Shown: positions 47,124 through 55,891 of the stretch, one piece after another
Layout of the letters: each line of letters begins with the position of its first letter
Numbering within the stretch: position 1 is the first letter of the stretch
NCBI GenBank assembly: GCA_964421125.1
Contig: CAYQVD010000001.1
Coordinates: forward strand, 56,680 to 120,679
Source of the DNA: an uncultured Bdellovibrionales bacterium
GTDB taxonomy: Bacteria; Patescibacteriota; Minisyncoccia; Moranbacterales; DUUL01
Length of the DNA: 64,000 nt
Direction: 5' to 3'
Program-made: the position numbers and the translations under genes
The notes under the pieces: model-generated
Told to the model about the DNA's origin: nothing
The model's input: the letters and a program-made list of their open reading frames with translations, nothing else
Database searches by the model: none

Positions 47124-47966
47124 ATGGAAAATAAAACAGCAAGAATACTTTTAGTAGAAGACGAAGAAGCGTTAGCAGATGTTCTTGAAGCTAAACTAAA
47201 AAAAGAAGGACATGAATTAAAAGTATCCTACAACGGAGAAGATGGTTATGAACAAATCAAAAATTGGAAGCCTGATTTAATCCTGCTCGATATTGTAATG
47301 CCAAAAATGGATGGGTATGAAGTTCTTGAAAAAATGAATGAAGAAGGAATTAAAATTCCAGTAATTATTATTTCAAACTCTGGTCAACCAGTTGAAATTG
47401 AAAAAACAAAGAAACTAGGAGCAATTGATCATTTAATCAAAACTCAATTTGATCCAAAAGAAGTTGTGGATAAAGTTCAAAAATATTTAGTATCTTCTAG
47501 TAAGAATTCGGGTCAAGAAGAATCCAATGCTTCAATAGAAGAAGAAGTTATCCAACCTCGAAAAGAAGAAGGAGCAAAAAAAAGCATCAATATTAAGGTA
47601 ATGCTAGTTGAAGATGATTCTTTTTTGAGAGATATTTGTGCTAAAAAATTGAGCAAGGAAGGATTTGAAGTTTATGAAGCAATCGACGGCGAAGAAGCAT
47701 TAAAAATTGTTGATAAAGTTAAACCAGATATTGTACTTCTAGATATTATACTCCCTGCTATTGATGGATTTGAAGTGCTTGAAAAAATTAGGAGTAATCC
47801 AAATCCAGAAACTCAAAAAGTTCCAATTATTATGCTTTCAAATCTTGGGCAAAAAGATGATATTGAAAAAGCTTTGAAAATTGGAGCCAATGACTATCTC
47901 GTAAAAGCCCACTTTAATACTGAAGAGATTATCGATAAAATCAAAAAAGAACTTGGGAAAGAATAG
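47124..47966 (+). CDS. Response regulator with two tandem receiver (REC) domains and no output domain
   Basis: ILLVEDEEALADVL...LDIVMPKMDGYEVL and VMLVEDDSFLRDIC...LDIILPAIDGFEVL. Both have the phospho-acceptor Asp context and conserved Lys (LIKTQF / LVKAHF). Confidence 0.85.
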   Translation: MENKTARILLVEDEEALADVLEAKLKKEGHELKVSYNGEDGYEQIKNWKPDLILLDIVMPKMDGYEVLEKMNEEGIKIPVIIISNSGQPVEIEKTKKLGAIDHLIKTQFDPKEVVDKVQKYLVSSSKNSGQEESNASIEEEVIQPRKEEGAKKSINIKVMLVEDDSFLRDICAKKLSKEGFEVYEAIDGEEALKIVDKVKPDIVLLDIILPAIDGFEVLEKIRSNPNPETQKVPIIMLSNLGQKDDIEKALKIGANDYLVKAHFNTEEIIDKIKKELGKE

Positions 47967-47991
47967 TTAAAAAATCAGATTCATATATCAA

Positions 47992-48017
47992 AAAAACGCC
48001 TTCAAGGCGGTTTTTTG
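47992..48017. terminator. Bidirectional rho-independent terminator (between the response regulator and convergent ileS)
   Basis: aaaaacgcc-ttcaa-ggcgg followed by tttttt. Confidence 0.7.
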
Positions 48018-48041
48018 ATATAACTAAACTGACAATTAAAA

Positions 48042-51000
48042 TCAACTTTTCAACCAAAAATTGATTTCTATACCATCAATTTTTACTTGTTTTTCAATGT
48101 CAGCTTCTGGTTTTTGATTGCCAGCTTTTCCAAGCTTGATTGCTAATACTTCCTTGGAAATTTCTGTCTTAAACTTTTCAAAAATTTCTTCCCCACCTTT
48201 ATAAAAGACCTCTATCCGATCATCAATCTGAAAATCAGCTTCTTTTCGAGCTTGTTGAATGTGACGAATAAGCTCTCGCATCTGACCTTCGATTTTGAGT
48301 TCAGGGGTAATTGTTGTAATAACTCCTAAAACTGCTATTTCAAAAAAATCAACAGTGGGAGTGTCTCCTTCATTAGATGGCTCACTTTTAACCCCCAAAG
48401 AAATTGCGACATCATTAGACTCTTTAATTTCATTAACCCTCGTAATGAGCTTAACATTTAACTCTTCTTTTATGATGTCGTTAATTTCATTGTTTAATTT
48501 TTCAATAATTTGAACTTCTGAAAGTGGTTGCCTGACTTTTATTTTCTGAGATGCTCGCACCTCTAACCCCCTCTTAACCAATTCTCGCGCAGAAGCCATC
48601 TCCTCGTTCAATTCCTTGTTAATCATTTTCTTATCAGCAATTGGGAAATCACAAAGGTGGACAGATTCTCCCTCTGTTAAATTTCTATAAATTTCTTCGG
48701 AGATGAAAGGAGCGAATGGTGCTAAAACCTTTGAAAATTCAGTCAGAACTGTCCAAAGCGTTTGATAGGCATCATTCTTGTCGTCATCACTTTCACTTTT
48801 CCAAAACCTCTTTCTACTTCTCCTGATATACCAATTAGAAAGATTGTCAACAAATTGTGGGAAAAATCTAGTTGCTTTATTCAACTCATATTTCTCCATC
48901 GCTGAATCAACATCTCGAATCAACATATTTAATTCTGATAAAATCCATTTATCCAATAAGTTTTTTGGTTCAACTTTTTCTCCTGGAGTCCAGTTATCAA
49001 TGCTGGCATAAAGAGTGAAAAATGAATAAGAATTTTGAATCATTCGAAACATCCCTCGAGAAAATTCAGAAAGCTCTTTTTCTGAAAAATTCAAATTCTG
49101 AGCACGAACAACTGGCGAATGAAGAAGATAAAATCTCAAAATATCTGCTCCGTATTTTTCAATCATCTCGGTTGGATCTGGATAATTCTGAAGTTTTTTT
49201 GCCATTTTCTTTCCATCTTCCGCCAAAACAATTCCATTCACAATTACATTTTGAAAGGCTTTTTTGTCAAAAATCCCAACAGCAATAGCGTGAAGATAAT
49301 AAAACCATGCCCTGGTTTGATCAATCCCTTCAGCAATAAACTCGGCTGGGAAACTTTTTTCAAATTTTTCTTTATTTTCAAACGGATAATGTACCTGAGC
49401 ATATGGCATTGAACCACTGTCAAACCAGGTATCCAATACATCTGGAATTCTTTTCATTTCTTTTTTACATTTTTCACAAGGAAAGGTAATCTCATCAACT
49501 ACATGCTTGTGAAGATCTTTAACTTTCTTACCACTCAAGTCTTCAAGCTCCTTCGCACTTCCCAAGACTTTCATTTCTCCACATTCACACTTCCAAATCG
49601 GCATTACAGATGCCCAATAACGCTGACGACTGATTGACCAATCTCTCGCTCCTTCAAGCCAGTTACCCCAACGACCTTCTTTAATATTATCAGGTTCCCA
49701 ATTAAGCTCCTTAGCATGTTCTAGCATTTTTTCTTTAATTTTTGTAATCGCCACAAACCAAGAAGATGTCGCATAATTTATCAAAGGCGTATCACACCTC
49801 CAACAATGCGGATAGCTATGTTCGTATTTCTTTTTTGAAAAAAGAAGGCTATTGTGTGCAAGATATTTAATAATTTCAATATCGGTTTTCTGATGATCAT
49901 CGCGAGGCTTCACTGAAAGTCCTGCAAAATCTTTAGCTTCAGCTTTAATCGCTCCATTCATTCCAACGTGCTGAATAAAGGGTAAGTTATTTTCTTTTCC
50001 AAAATTCATATCATCTTCACCAAAAGCAGGAGCGATATGAACAACTCCAGTCCCTTCTTCAGTCGTCACAAAATCTCCTGCATAAATCTTCCAACCATTT
50101 TCTTTATTTTCTAAACTATCTTGACTTGAATAATAATCAAAAAGAGGCTTATAATTCAGACCAATCAATTCTTTCCCTTTAATTTCAATTACAAAATCAT
50201 AATTCTTATCATTAAAAACCTCATTAATTCTATCTTTTGCTAAAATATAAAAATCATTTTCATGTTTTACTAAAAAATATTTAACATCTTTGCCAATAGC
50301 CAATGCAACATTTCCAATCAATGTCCATGGAGTAGTTGTCCAAGCCAAAACATAAACTCGTGGAGGACTTTTTTCTGTTTCCTCATCCGCTCTTTTTGCC
50401 TTATCCTTAAGATAAGATTTTATAGCATTTTCCGTCGGCTCGTAATCTATTTCGGGCAAATTATCAAAAGAAAACCATTCAATCTTTTCTGTTTCATCAG
50501 GCACTAAATTTTCTGGTTCACCTTTTATCCTGGTTAGATAACAAACTGTATCAAAAAGTCGTCCTTCTATAAACTCTGGATTGTGAATAATTGGCTCTGC
50601 TAATTCAATATTAACCCCTAGTTCTTCTTTTATTTCTCGTTCAAGTGCTTGACGAAAAGTCTCTCCTTCATCAACTTTACCCCCAGGCATAGCCCAAGTT
50701 TCTCGACGTCTGTCCTCTTTACGACGAATAAGTAATATCTCATCTTTATCATTAAAGATAAGCGCACCTACCCCTCGGCCAGTTTTACCCTTACAATATT
50801 TTAATTCAAATTTAGATATTACAGAAAGATCCTTAATATCTTTATATCCTTCTGAAATTTCAGTTTGCGAAAGAGTTGTTTCACATCGAGGACAAATATG
50901 CATCGACCGATATCCCTCATAAATCAGATCTTTTTCATAAAGCTTTTTGAACACCCACCAAACTGATTCCATATATTCAAGGTCCATAGTTTTATAACTA

Positions 51001-51437
51001 TTGTCCATATCAGCCCAACGTCCCATTTTCTCAATAACCTTTTCCCATTCTTCCACATAGCCCAAAACCTTAGTCCGACAGGTTTCATTGAACTTTTCTA
51101 CTCCCAATTCTTCAATTTCCTTTTTATTAGAAATTCCAAGGTCTTTTTCTGCAATATTTTCAATTGGTAATCCATGACAATCCCAACCCCATCGACGTTC
51201 CACTCGAAAGCCTTTCATTGTCCAATAACGCGGGATAACATCTTTCATGGTACTTCCTACAATATGACCATAATGAGGAGCTCCTGTTGCAAAAGGAGGG
51301 CCATCATAGAAACTATAGAGCTTTTTCTCACTTCTTTGTTCCACAGACTTCTCAAAAGTTTTATTTTCTTTCCAATACTCAGTTTGCTCATTTTCCATTT
51401 CTGAATATTTCCTTCTTGTATCTACTGGTTTGAACAT
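48042..51437 (-). CDS. ileS: Isoleucyl-tRNA synthetase (type 2, eukaryote/archaeal-like) carrying an embedded Nudix hydrolase domain
   Basis: N-terminus MFKPVD...EYWKENKTF; HIGH region YDGPPFATGAPHYGH; editing domain AWTTTPWTLIGN and TGVVHIAPAFGEDD; KMSKS variant GKKMAKKLQNYPDP. Residues about 216-345 insert GALIFNDKDEILLIRRKED...PGGKVDEGETFRQALEREIKEELGV (perfect Nudix box). Confidence 0.9.
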   Translation of the reverse strand: MFKPVDTRRKYSEMENEQTEYWKENKTFEKSVEQRSEKKLYSFYDGPPFATGAPHYGHIVGSTMKDVIPRYWTMKGFRVERRWGWDCHGLPIENIAEKDLGISNKKEIEELGVEKFNETCRTKVLGYVEEWEKVIEKMGRWADMDNSYKTMDLEYMESVWWVFKKLYEKDLIYEGYRSMHICPRCETTLSQTEISEGYKDIKDLSVISKFELKYCKGKTGRGVGALIFNDKDEILLIRRKEDRRRETWAMPGGKVDEGETFRQALEREIKEELGVNIELAEPIIHNPEFIEGRLFDTVCYLTRIKGEPENLVPDETEKIEWFSFDNLPEIDYEPTENAIKSYLKDKAKRADEETEKSPPRVYVLAWTTTPWTLIGNVALAIGKDVKYFLVKHENDFYILAKDRINEVFNDKNYDFVIEIKGKELIGLNYKPLFDYYSSQDSLENKENGWKIYAGDFVTTEEGTGVVHIAPAFGEDDMNFGKENNLPFIQHVGMNGAIKAEAKDFAGLSVKPRDDHQKTDIEIIKYLAHNSLLFSKKKYEHSYPHCWRCDTPLINYATSSWFVAITKIKEKMLEHAKELNWEPDNIKEGRWGNWLEGARDWSISRQRYWASVMPIWKCECGEMKVLGSAKELEDLSGKKVKDLHKHVVDEITFPCEKCKKEMKRIPDVLDTWFDSGSMPYAQVHYPFENKEKFEKSFPAEFIAEGIDQTRAWFYYLHAIAVGIFDKKAFQNVIVNGIVLAEDGKKMAKKLQNYPDPTEMIEKYGADILRFYLLHSPVVRAQNLNFSEKELSEFSRGMFRMIQNSYSFFTLYASIDNWTPGEKVEPKNLLDKWILSELNMLIRDVDSAMEKYELNKATRFFPQFVDNLSNWYIRRSRKRFWKSESDDDKNDAYQTLWTVLTEFSKVLAPFAPFISEEIYRNLTEGESVHLCDFPIADKKMINKELNEEMASARELVKRGLEVRASQKIKVRQPLSEVQIIEKLNNEINDIIKEELNVKLITRVNEIKESNDVAISLGVKSEPSNEGDTPTVDFFEIAVLGVITTITPELKIEGQMRELIRHIQQARKEADFQIDDRIEVFYKGGEEIFEKFKTEISKEVLAIKLGKAGNQKPEADIEKQVKIDGIEINFWLKS

Positions 51438-51544
51438 AGTTTTAATTACTAAAAATTAACTAACATAAATATTTCTCAATTCACAATTTTCAAACTACCC
51501 ATTGGAAATTGTAAAATGAAAATTTCGTCCACTTTTTTATCAAA

Positions 51545-51800
51545 AGACTGTAACTATTTACTGTTTAAATAAAAAATCCCAAAGCCTAAAAGACTTAAGG
51601 ACGATTTTCACCGTGGTACCACCTTATTTCAGTTATTAATTGATAGTTAATAGTTTTTAGAAGAAATCGAAAAACTAACACTATAAACAATAACCCTCAA
51701 TTAACGGCTATTACGGGCTTACCCGGTGAGTTCTACTTTTCTATTTAAAAAATTTCTTCTCACAGCTCCAGAGTGATAACTCTATCTTCGCTTTTATTAA
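51545..51800 (-). promoter_or_regulatory. T-box riboswitch-like leader of ileS (Ile specifier)
   Basis: Minus-strand RNA contains AAGGUGGUACCACGG, matching 13 of the 15 positions of the AGGGUGGUACCGCGG core of the AAUUAGGGUGGNACCGCG consensus; the UGGU bulge would pair with a 3' ACCA (discriminator A). F-box CCGUUA lies about 95 nt upstream. A stem AGAG-UUAUCA-CUCU presents AUC followed by A (Ile specifier). Further GUGAG/CUCAC helix. Downstream hairpin CCUUAAGUC-uuuua-GGCUUUGGG followed by a U-run. Confidence 0.55.
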
Positions 51801-51922
51801 TTTATATCTCTATCTTACAAATAAAACAATAAAATTGCAAGAAGAAAATAAAACTGGTAAAATAATCGTATAGATGGAGGCTCGCCCAAAGAGCTTTTCT
51901 GAATAAAAATTAATCTAAAAAA

Positions 51923-52276
51923 ATGATAGATCCAACAACACTAGAAGAACTCAAGCAAAGTCTTTTGGATGAAAAAAAGAAACTTAAAGATGAACTCGGG
52001 TTAATTGCAAGCAAAGAAGGAGGAGATGATTATGAAACAAAATTTGAAGACTTAGGCAGAGATGAGGAAGATAATGCCGAAGAAATTGAAGAATACACTA
52101 ATAAAATGGGAATAACAGAAACTCTTGAGAAAAAACTAAAAGAAATTAACGATGCACTTAATCGAATGGAAAGTGGAACTTACGGAATTTGTGAAAATTG
52201 TTTGAAGGAAGAAATTCCCCTAGATAGATTAAAAGCTTACCCTGCAGCAAGTACTTGCTTAAAATGTCAAAAATAA
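51923..52276 (+). CDS. DksA/TraR-family C4-type zinc-finger protein
   Basis: Coiled-coil N-terminus and C-terminal CENCLKEEIPLDRLKAYPAASTCLKC, matching the DksA/TraR CxxC-x17-CxxC finger. Confidence 0.7.
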   Translation: MIDPTTLEELKQSLLDEKKKLKDELGLIASKEGGDDYETKFEDLGRDEEDNAEEIEEYTNKMGITETLEKKLKEINDALNRMESGTYGICENCLKEEIPLDRLKAYPAASTCLKCQK

Positions 52277-52279
52277 TTT

Positions 52280-52702
52280 TTGAAAATGAGAAATTGGCCT
52301 TATCTACTATTAGCAACTTCTCTGTTAATTATTGATCAGATACTAAAAATTTTATCAATAAAAAACACCTTTCCAGAAATGGGAGGGTTTCTGGTTAGCT
52401 TCTGCAATCCCAATCTTGCATGGAACATTCCAGTGAATGAAATCTTTTTTTGGATCGCTTGGATTATTATTGTCTTTCTAATTATTTATAATCTCAAAAA
52501 GTCTTTCAATATTTTTCTGCTAATCGTTCTCTTTGGAGCAATTTCAAATATTATTGATAGAATATTGGGAGGTTGTGTTATTGATTATATAAATATTCCT
52601 TATTTTCCAGCCTTTAATCTTGCTGACGTAATGATAACAGGTGGAATTATCCTCTTTTTAATTCAAAATGTTTTCTGGAAAAATAAAAATAATTCAAAAT
52701 AA
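52280..52702 (+). CDS. lspA: Lipoprotein signal peptidase (signal peptidase II)
   Basis: 4 TM. Conserved FNLADVMITGG (catalytic Asp region) and N-terminal DQILK region. 140 aa. Confidence 0.75.
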   Translation: MKMRNWPYLLLATSLLIIDQILKILSIKNTFPEMGGFLVSFCNPNLAWNIPVNEIFFWIAWIIIVFLIIYNLKKSFNIFLLIVLFGAISNIIDRILGGCVIDYINIPYFPAFNLADVMITGGIILFLIQNVFWKNKNNSK

Positions 52703-52727
52703 CATTCAGTTGTTGATAGAAACAAAA

Positions 52728-52751
52728 AGCCCGAAATATTCGGACTTTTTT
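52728..52751 (+). terminator. Rho-independent terminator after lspA
   Basis: aagcccgaa-ata-ttcggact followed by ttttt. Confidence 0.6.
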
Positions 52752-52769
52752 ATACAAAATTTCTAAAAT

Positions 52770-54530
52770 CTAACCACCGAAAATATGCTTCCATAAAACT
52801 CTCTCTAATCTTGCAGGCGCTTTTTCTGTTTTTTCTTTTTCAGCTTTGTCCTCAGCAACATCAATTCCAATCTTTTCTTCTACTATATCGACCTCTTCTA
52901 TTCCCTCTAGTTCCTCATTATAACTCTTTTTAGTCTTATCTTCTTTTTCGTTATAATTTATAAATTTTTCTCTTGGATAAATCTCCCAGACAGCAATTGT
53001 TCCAACTTTATATGAATCACCAAAATCAAAATAATCAACATAACGATTCGAAATCTTCTTAGCTTCATCGGTTGCTGTTGCAATTGAAAAATAAATGCAC
53101 CCTTCTTTATCCTCTATTGATTTACTCATTCTATCATATTCTATATCAGGATAATAAACATCAAAAATATATTCATAAGAACGCTTGTAATCAGCTCCAA
53201 CATAAAAGCACACCCTTTTCCCTGACTCCCTTCCTTTTTCAGCCATGAGTTCAGCTGCTTTTTTTATTTGACCAAAAGTTTTTCCATCATCTTGTTTAAT
53301 AAAAATATGCCTAGTCACATGTGAAATGTCTTGTGTTCCCAGATAATCAAACCACATCTTTATCCCACTTAAATTCATAAGCAAAATAACAATAAAAGAA
53401 GCATAGGCAACCACAGATAAGAATTTATAACCGAAGCCTTCTACTACTTTCAATGTTGTTCCCCAGAAAATAAATGGTAAAACAGCAATTGGCATGAAAA
53501 ATCTTGGCTTCAAACTAATATTGGTTTTTATTTGTAAAATTATAAAAACAAAAAACCAAATTAAAACTAAATAAATAAATGGTCTTGATTTTTTTTCCTT
53601 TTTCCAAAAATAAATTAATGCTGTTATTCCAGCTACCACGAGAAACGCTCCTAACCAAGCAGAAACGACACCTTCTTTGTGACCAAAAGAAGTTAAAAAC
53701 ATAAAAAGAGAAATAGCAATAATCTTACAAGTTTCAAAAAATCCCAACGCCTGATCTCCCGTTTTTGCAGTAATCGCATAAATAAACTGTTTCAAATTAT
53801 CGCCACTGGTATAAAAATCGCTCAAAAAAACTGGGATATAAATAAAAATTCCCGTAGCTACTGCCCCCACCCAATATTTCCAATTAATTTTTCTTGGAAA
53901 ATAAAGAACCCAAAATAAAGCTGCCACAATTGGAAATCCAACAAAAGCAACAAAATGAAGCTGACTAACAATAGCGTAACTCAGTCCAGCTAAAACCAAC
54001 CACCATCCTGCTTTTTTTCCATCTAACTCCTTATAGGATTTTAATAATGAAAGCGAAAAAAGTAATCCCCAAAATGGAATTTGATTTGGATTCCAAGCAA
54101 AACGAGAATACTGCGTAATTATAAAAGAAAAACTATAGAGAATCGTTATCAAAATAGAAATTCTTTTTGAAAAAAATATTCTAAGAAAAATAAAAAATAT
54201 TGGGATTGTTAAAAGAGAAAACAATAAATCCGGAAATGCAAAAACATGTGGCTCCACACTATTAAAAAGCTTGGCAGAAATATATTCCTCGTAATAGAAG
54301 ATCGGACCAAGTCTCAAAAAGGTTCCTGCTGCTCTTGGTCCCAATAAAGAAAGTTCTCCTGGACCATTCTCAAAGGCTGATACTGCTAACTTTGCATCCC
54401 TTACTTGATCAGCCTTAAAATAAAGCCAATCACTAAAATTGTAAGTCCTTAAAACAAAGGCTCCTAAGATTATTAAAACAAAAACTATTACTAACCAATG
54501 TTTTTTTGTAAAATCTAAAATTTTTTCCAT
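52770..54530 (-). CDS. GT-C fold glycosyltransferase, ArnT/PMT-like (family 39/83-type), paralog 1
   Basis: About 12 TM N-terminal domain with first-loop motif FKADQVRDAKLAV (ArnT-like DEAR-type loop) and RFAWNPNQIPFWGLL, plus a soluble C-terminal domain. 586 aa. Confidence 0.65.
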   Translation of the reverse strand: MEKILDFTKKHWLVIVFVLIILGAFVLRTYNFSDWLYFKADQVRDAKLAVSAFENGPGELSLLGPRAAGTFLRLGPIFYYEEYISAKLFNSVEPHVFAFPDLLFSLLTIPIFFIFLRIFFSKRISILITILYSFSFIITQYSRFAWNPNQIPFWGLLFSLSLLKSYKELDGKKAGWWLVLAGLSYAIVSQLHFVAFVGFPIVAALFWVLYFPRKINWKYWVGAVATGIFIYIPVFLSDFYTSGDNLKQFIYAITAKTGDQALGFFETCKIIAISLFMFLTSFGHKEGVVSAWLGAFLVVAGITALIYFWKKEKKSRPFIYLVLIWFFVFIILQIKTNISLKPRFFMPIAVLPFIFWGTTLKVVEGFGYKFLSVVAYASFIVILLMNLSGIKMWFDYLGTQDISHVTRHIFIKQDDGKTFGQIKKAAELMAEKGRESGKRVCFYVGADYKRSYEYIFDVYYPDIEYDRMSKSIEDKEGCIYFSIATATDEAKKISNRYVDYFDFGDSYKVGTIAVWEIYPREKFINYNEKEDKTKKSYNEELEGIEEVDIVEEKIGIDVAEDKAEKEKTEKAPARLERVLWKHIFGG

Positions 54531-54752
54531 TTTTAAATACTTTTAAAATACTTCCTATAAATTAACTCTGATTAATTTTTTTATAAAAATTTAGGGCGTA
54601 GCTACTTGATACTCTAGTTGAGTATTTCTTAAATTTATCTTTTTATATCTAGATAAGCCTTGAAAGTCAAGCGGAGTGGTTCCTGAATTTTTTAAAAAAA
54701 TTGATTAGAGTTAATAATTTCAATTTGAATTACTCTAAGACAATGTTCCTTC

Positions 54753-55874
54753 TTAAAGACGCCAAACCACCTTAGTAACTAATATAAAATTAATTGCTGT
54801 AGCCGCAATTACTCCCAAAAAAGCAGCAATTACATAATGAAAACCTAAGTATTCCATTGTTCCAGCAAAAACTAGCCAATTAAATATAATTGAAAAGAAA
54901 GAAATTAAATAATACAAAGTCACTCTTCGTAGGCTTTCTTTTTGAGTTGATGACCTTTTATCACTATAAGTAAATAAAGTATTAAAAATATAATTAGTAA
55001 AAATTGATAAAACAACTGCGATTGCCCATGCAAAATGCTCACCAAAATCATAAAACTCTACAAGTAAATATAATATACCAATATTTACAATTACTCCGCT
55101 TCCTCCAACAATACAAAATTTAATAAATCTTCCAGCCTCAGGAACAGTTAGAAAAATATGCCAAAGATGCTTAAAAAATTCCAATCCTTGCTTAAGAGTT
55201 GCCTTGCTATCATCGTTTTCTCGAACAAGAAATGTGTACGGAACCTCAACCGTCTTACTAACATTAGCTCTCATCAAAACCTCAACTAAAATTTTAAATC
55301 CCTTAGGAGAAAGATTCACATTGTCTAAAATGCTTTTCTTAAAAAGAAAAAATCCTCCTAACGGATCAGATGTCTTTCTGGTTGGAATAAAGAGAATTTG
55401 GGTAAAATATTTAAAGCCCAAAGAAACTGCTCGACGATAAATACCATAGAAAGTTTTTAAACTCCCTAATCCTTCGGCACTTCCGCCTTTAATATATCTA
55501 GTTGCAACGGAAAGATCCGCATCTTCTTCAATAATTTTCTTATAAAGTTCTGGAATTGTACTTGGTGGATGTTGTAAATCACTATCCATACAACAAATAT
55601 ATTTTCCCTGGGCTTTTTTAAACCCCTCTATGAATGCAGTTGCCAAACCCGTTCGATTCTCTTTTGAACGATGAATTGTATTAATTTCTAATTCTGGATT
55701 CTCTCGTTTTTGTTTTTCAATTTCTTCCGGAGTATCATCACTACTGTCATCAACAAACAAAACATCAAAAGAAACATATCTTCCCTTCATCACGTTTTTT
55801 ATATCTTGCAAAATAGGTCCCACATTCCCTTTTTCATTGAATGTAGGCAGAATAATAGTTAAATCCTTTTCCAT
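54753..55874 (-). CDS. Family 2 glycosyltransferase (polyprenyl-phosphate sugar synthase, DPM1/ArnC-like) fused to a C-terminal GtrA-like membrane domain
   Basis: LTIILPTFNEKGNV, FVDDSSDDT and DSDLQHPP (GT-A DxD region). Four C-terminal TM helices typical of GtrA. Confidence 0.75.
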   Translation of the reverse strand: MEKDLTIILPTFNEKGNVGPILQDIKNVMKGRYVSFDVLFVDDSSDDTPEEIEKQKRENPELEINTIHRSKENRTGLATAFIEGFKKAQGKYICCMDSDLQHPPSTIPELYKKIIEEDADLSVATRYIKGGSAEGLGSLKTFYGIYRRAVSLGFKYFTQILFIPTRKTSDPLGGFFLFKKSILDNVNLSPKGFKILVEVLMRANVSKTVEVPYTFLVRENDDSKATLKQGLEFFKHLWHIFLTVPEAGRFIKFCIVGGSGVIVNIGILYLLVEFYDFGEHFAWAIAVVLSIFTNYIFNTLFTYSDKRSSTQKESLRRVTLYYLISFFSIIFNWLVFAGTMEYLGFHYVIAAFLGVIAATAINFILVTKVVWRL

Positions 55875-55891
55875 CTTTTTTAAAATAAAGA

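Noticed and set aside
51560-51611. Classical T-box terminator overlapping the 3' half of the T-box sequence
   Set aside because: The only hairpin plus U-run I can find (CCUUAAGUC/GGCUUUGGG) starts 15 nt downstream of the T-box rather than overlapping it. The T-box call is kept, but the mechanism is left open.
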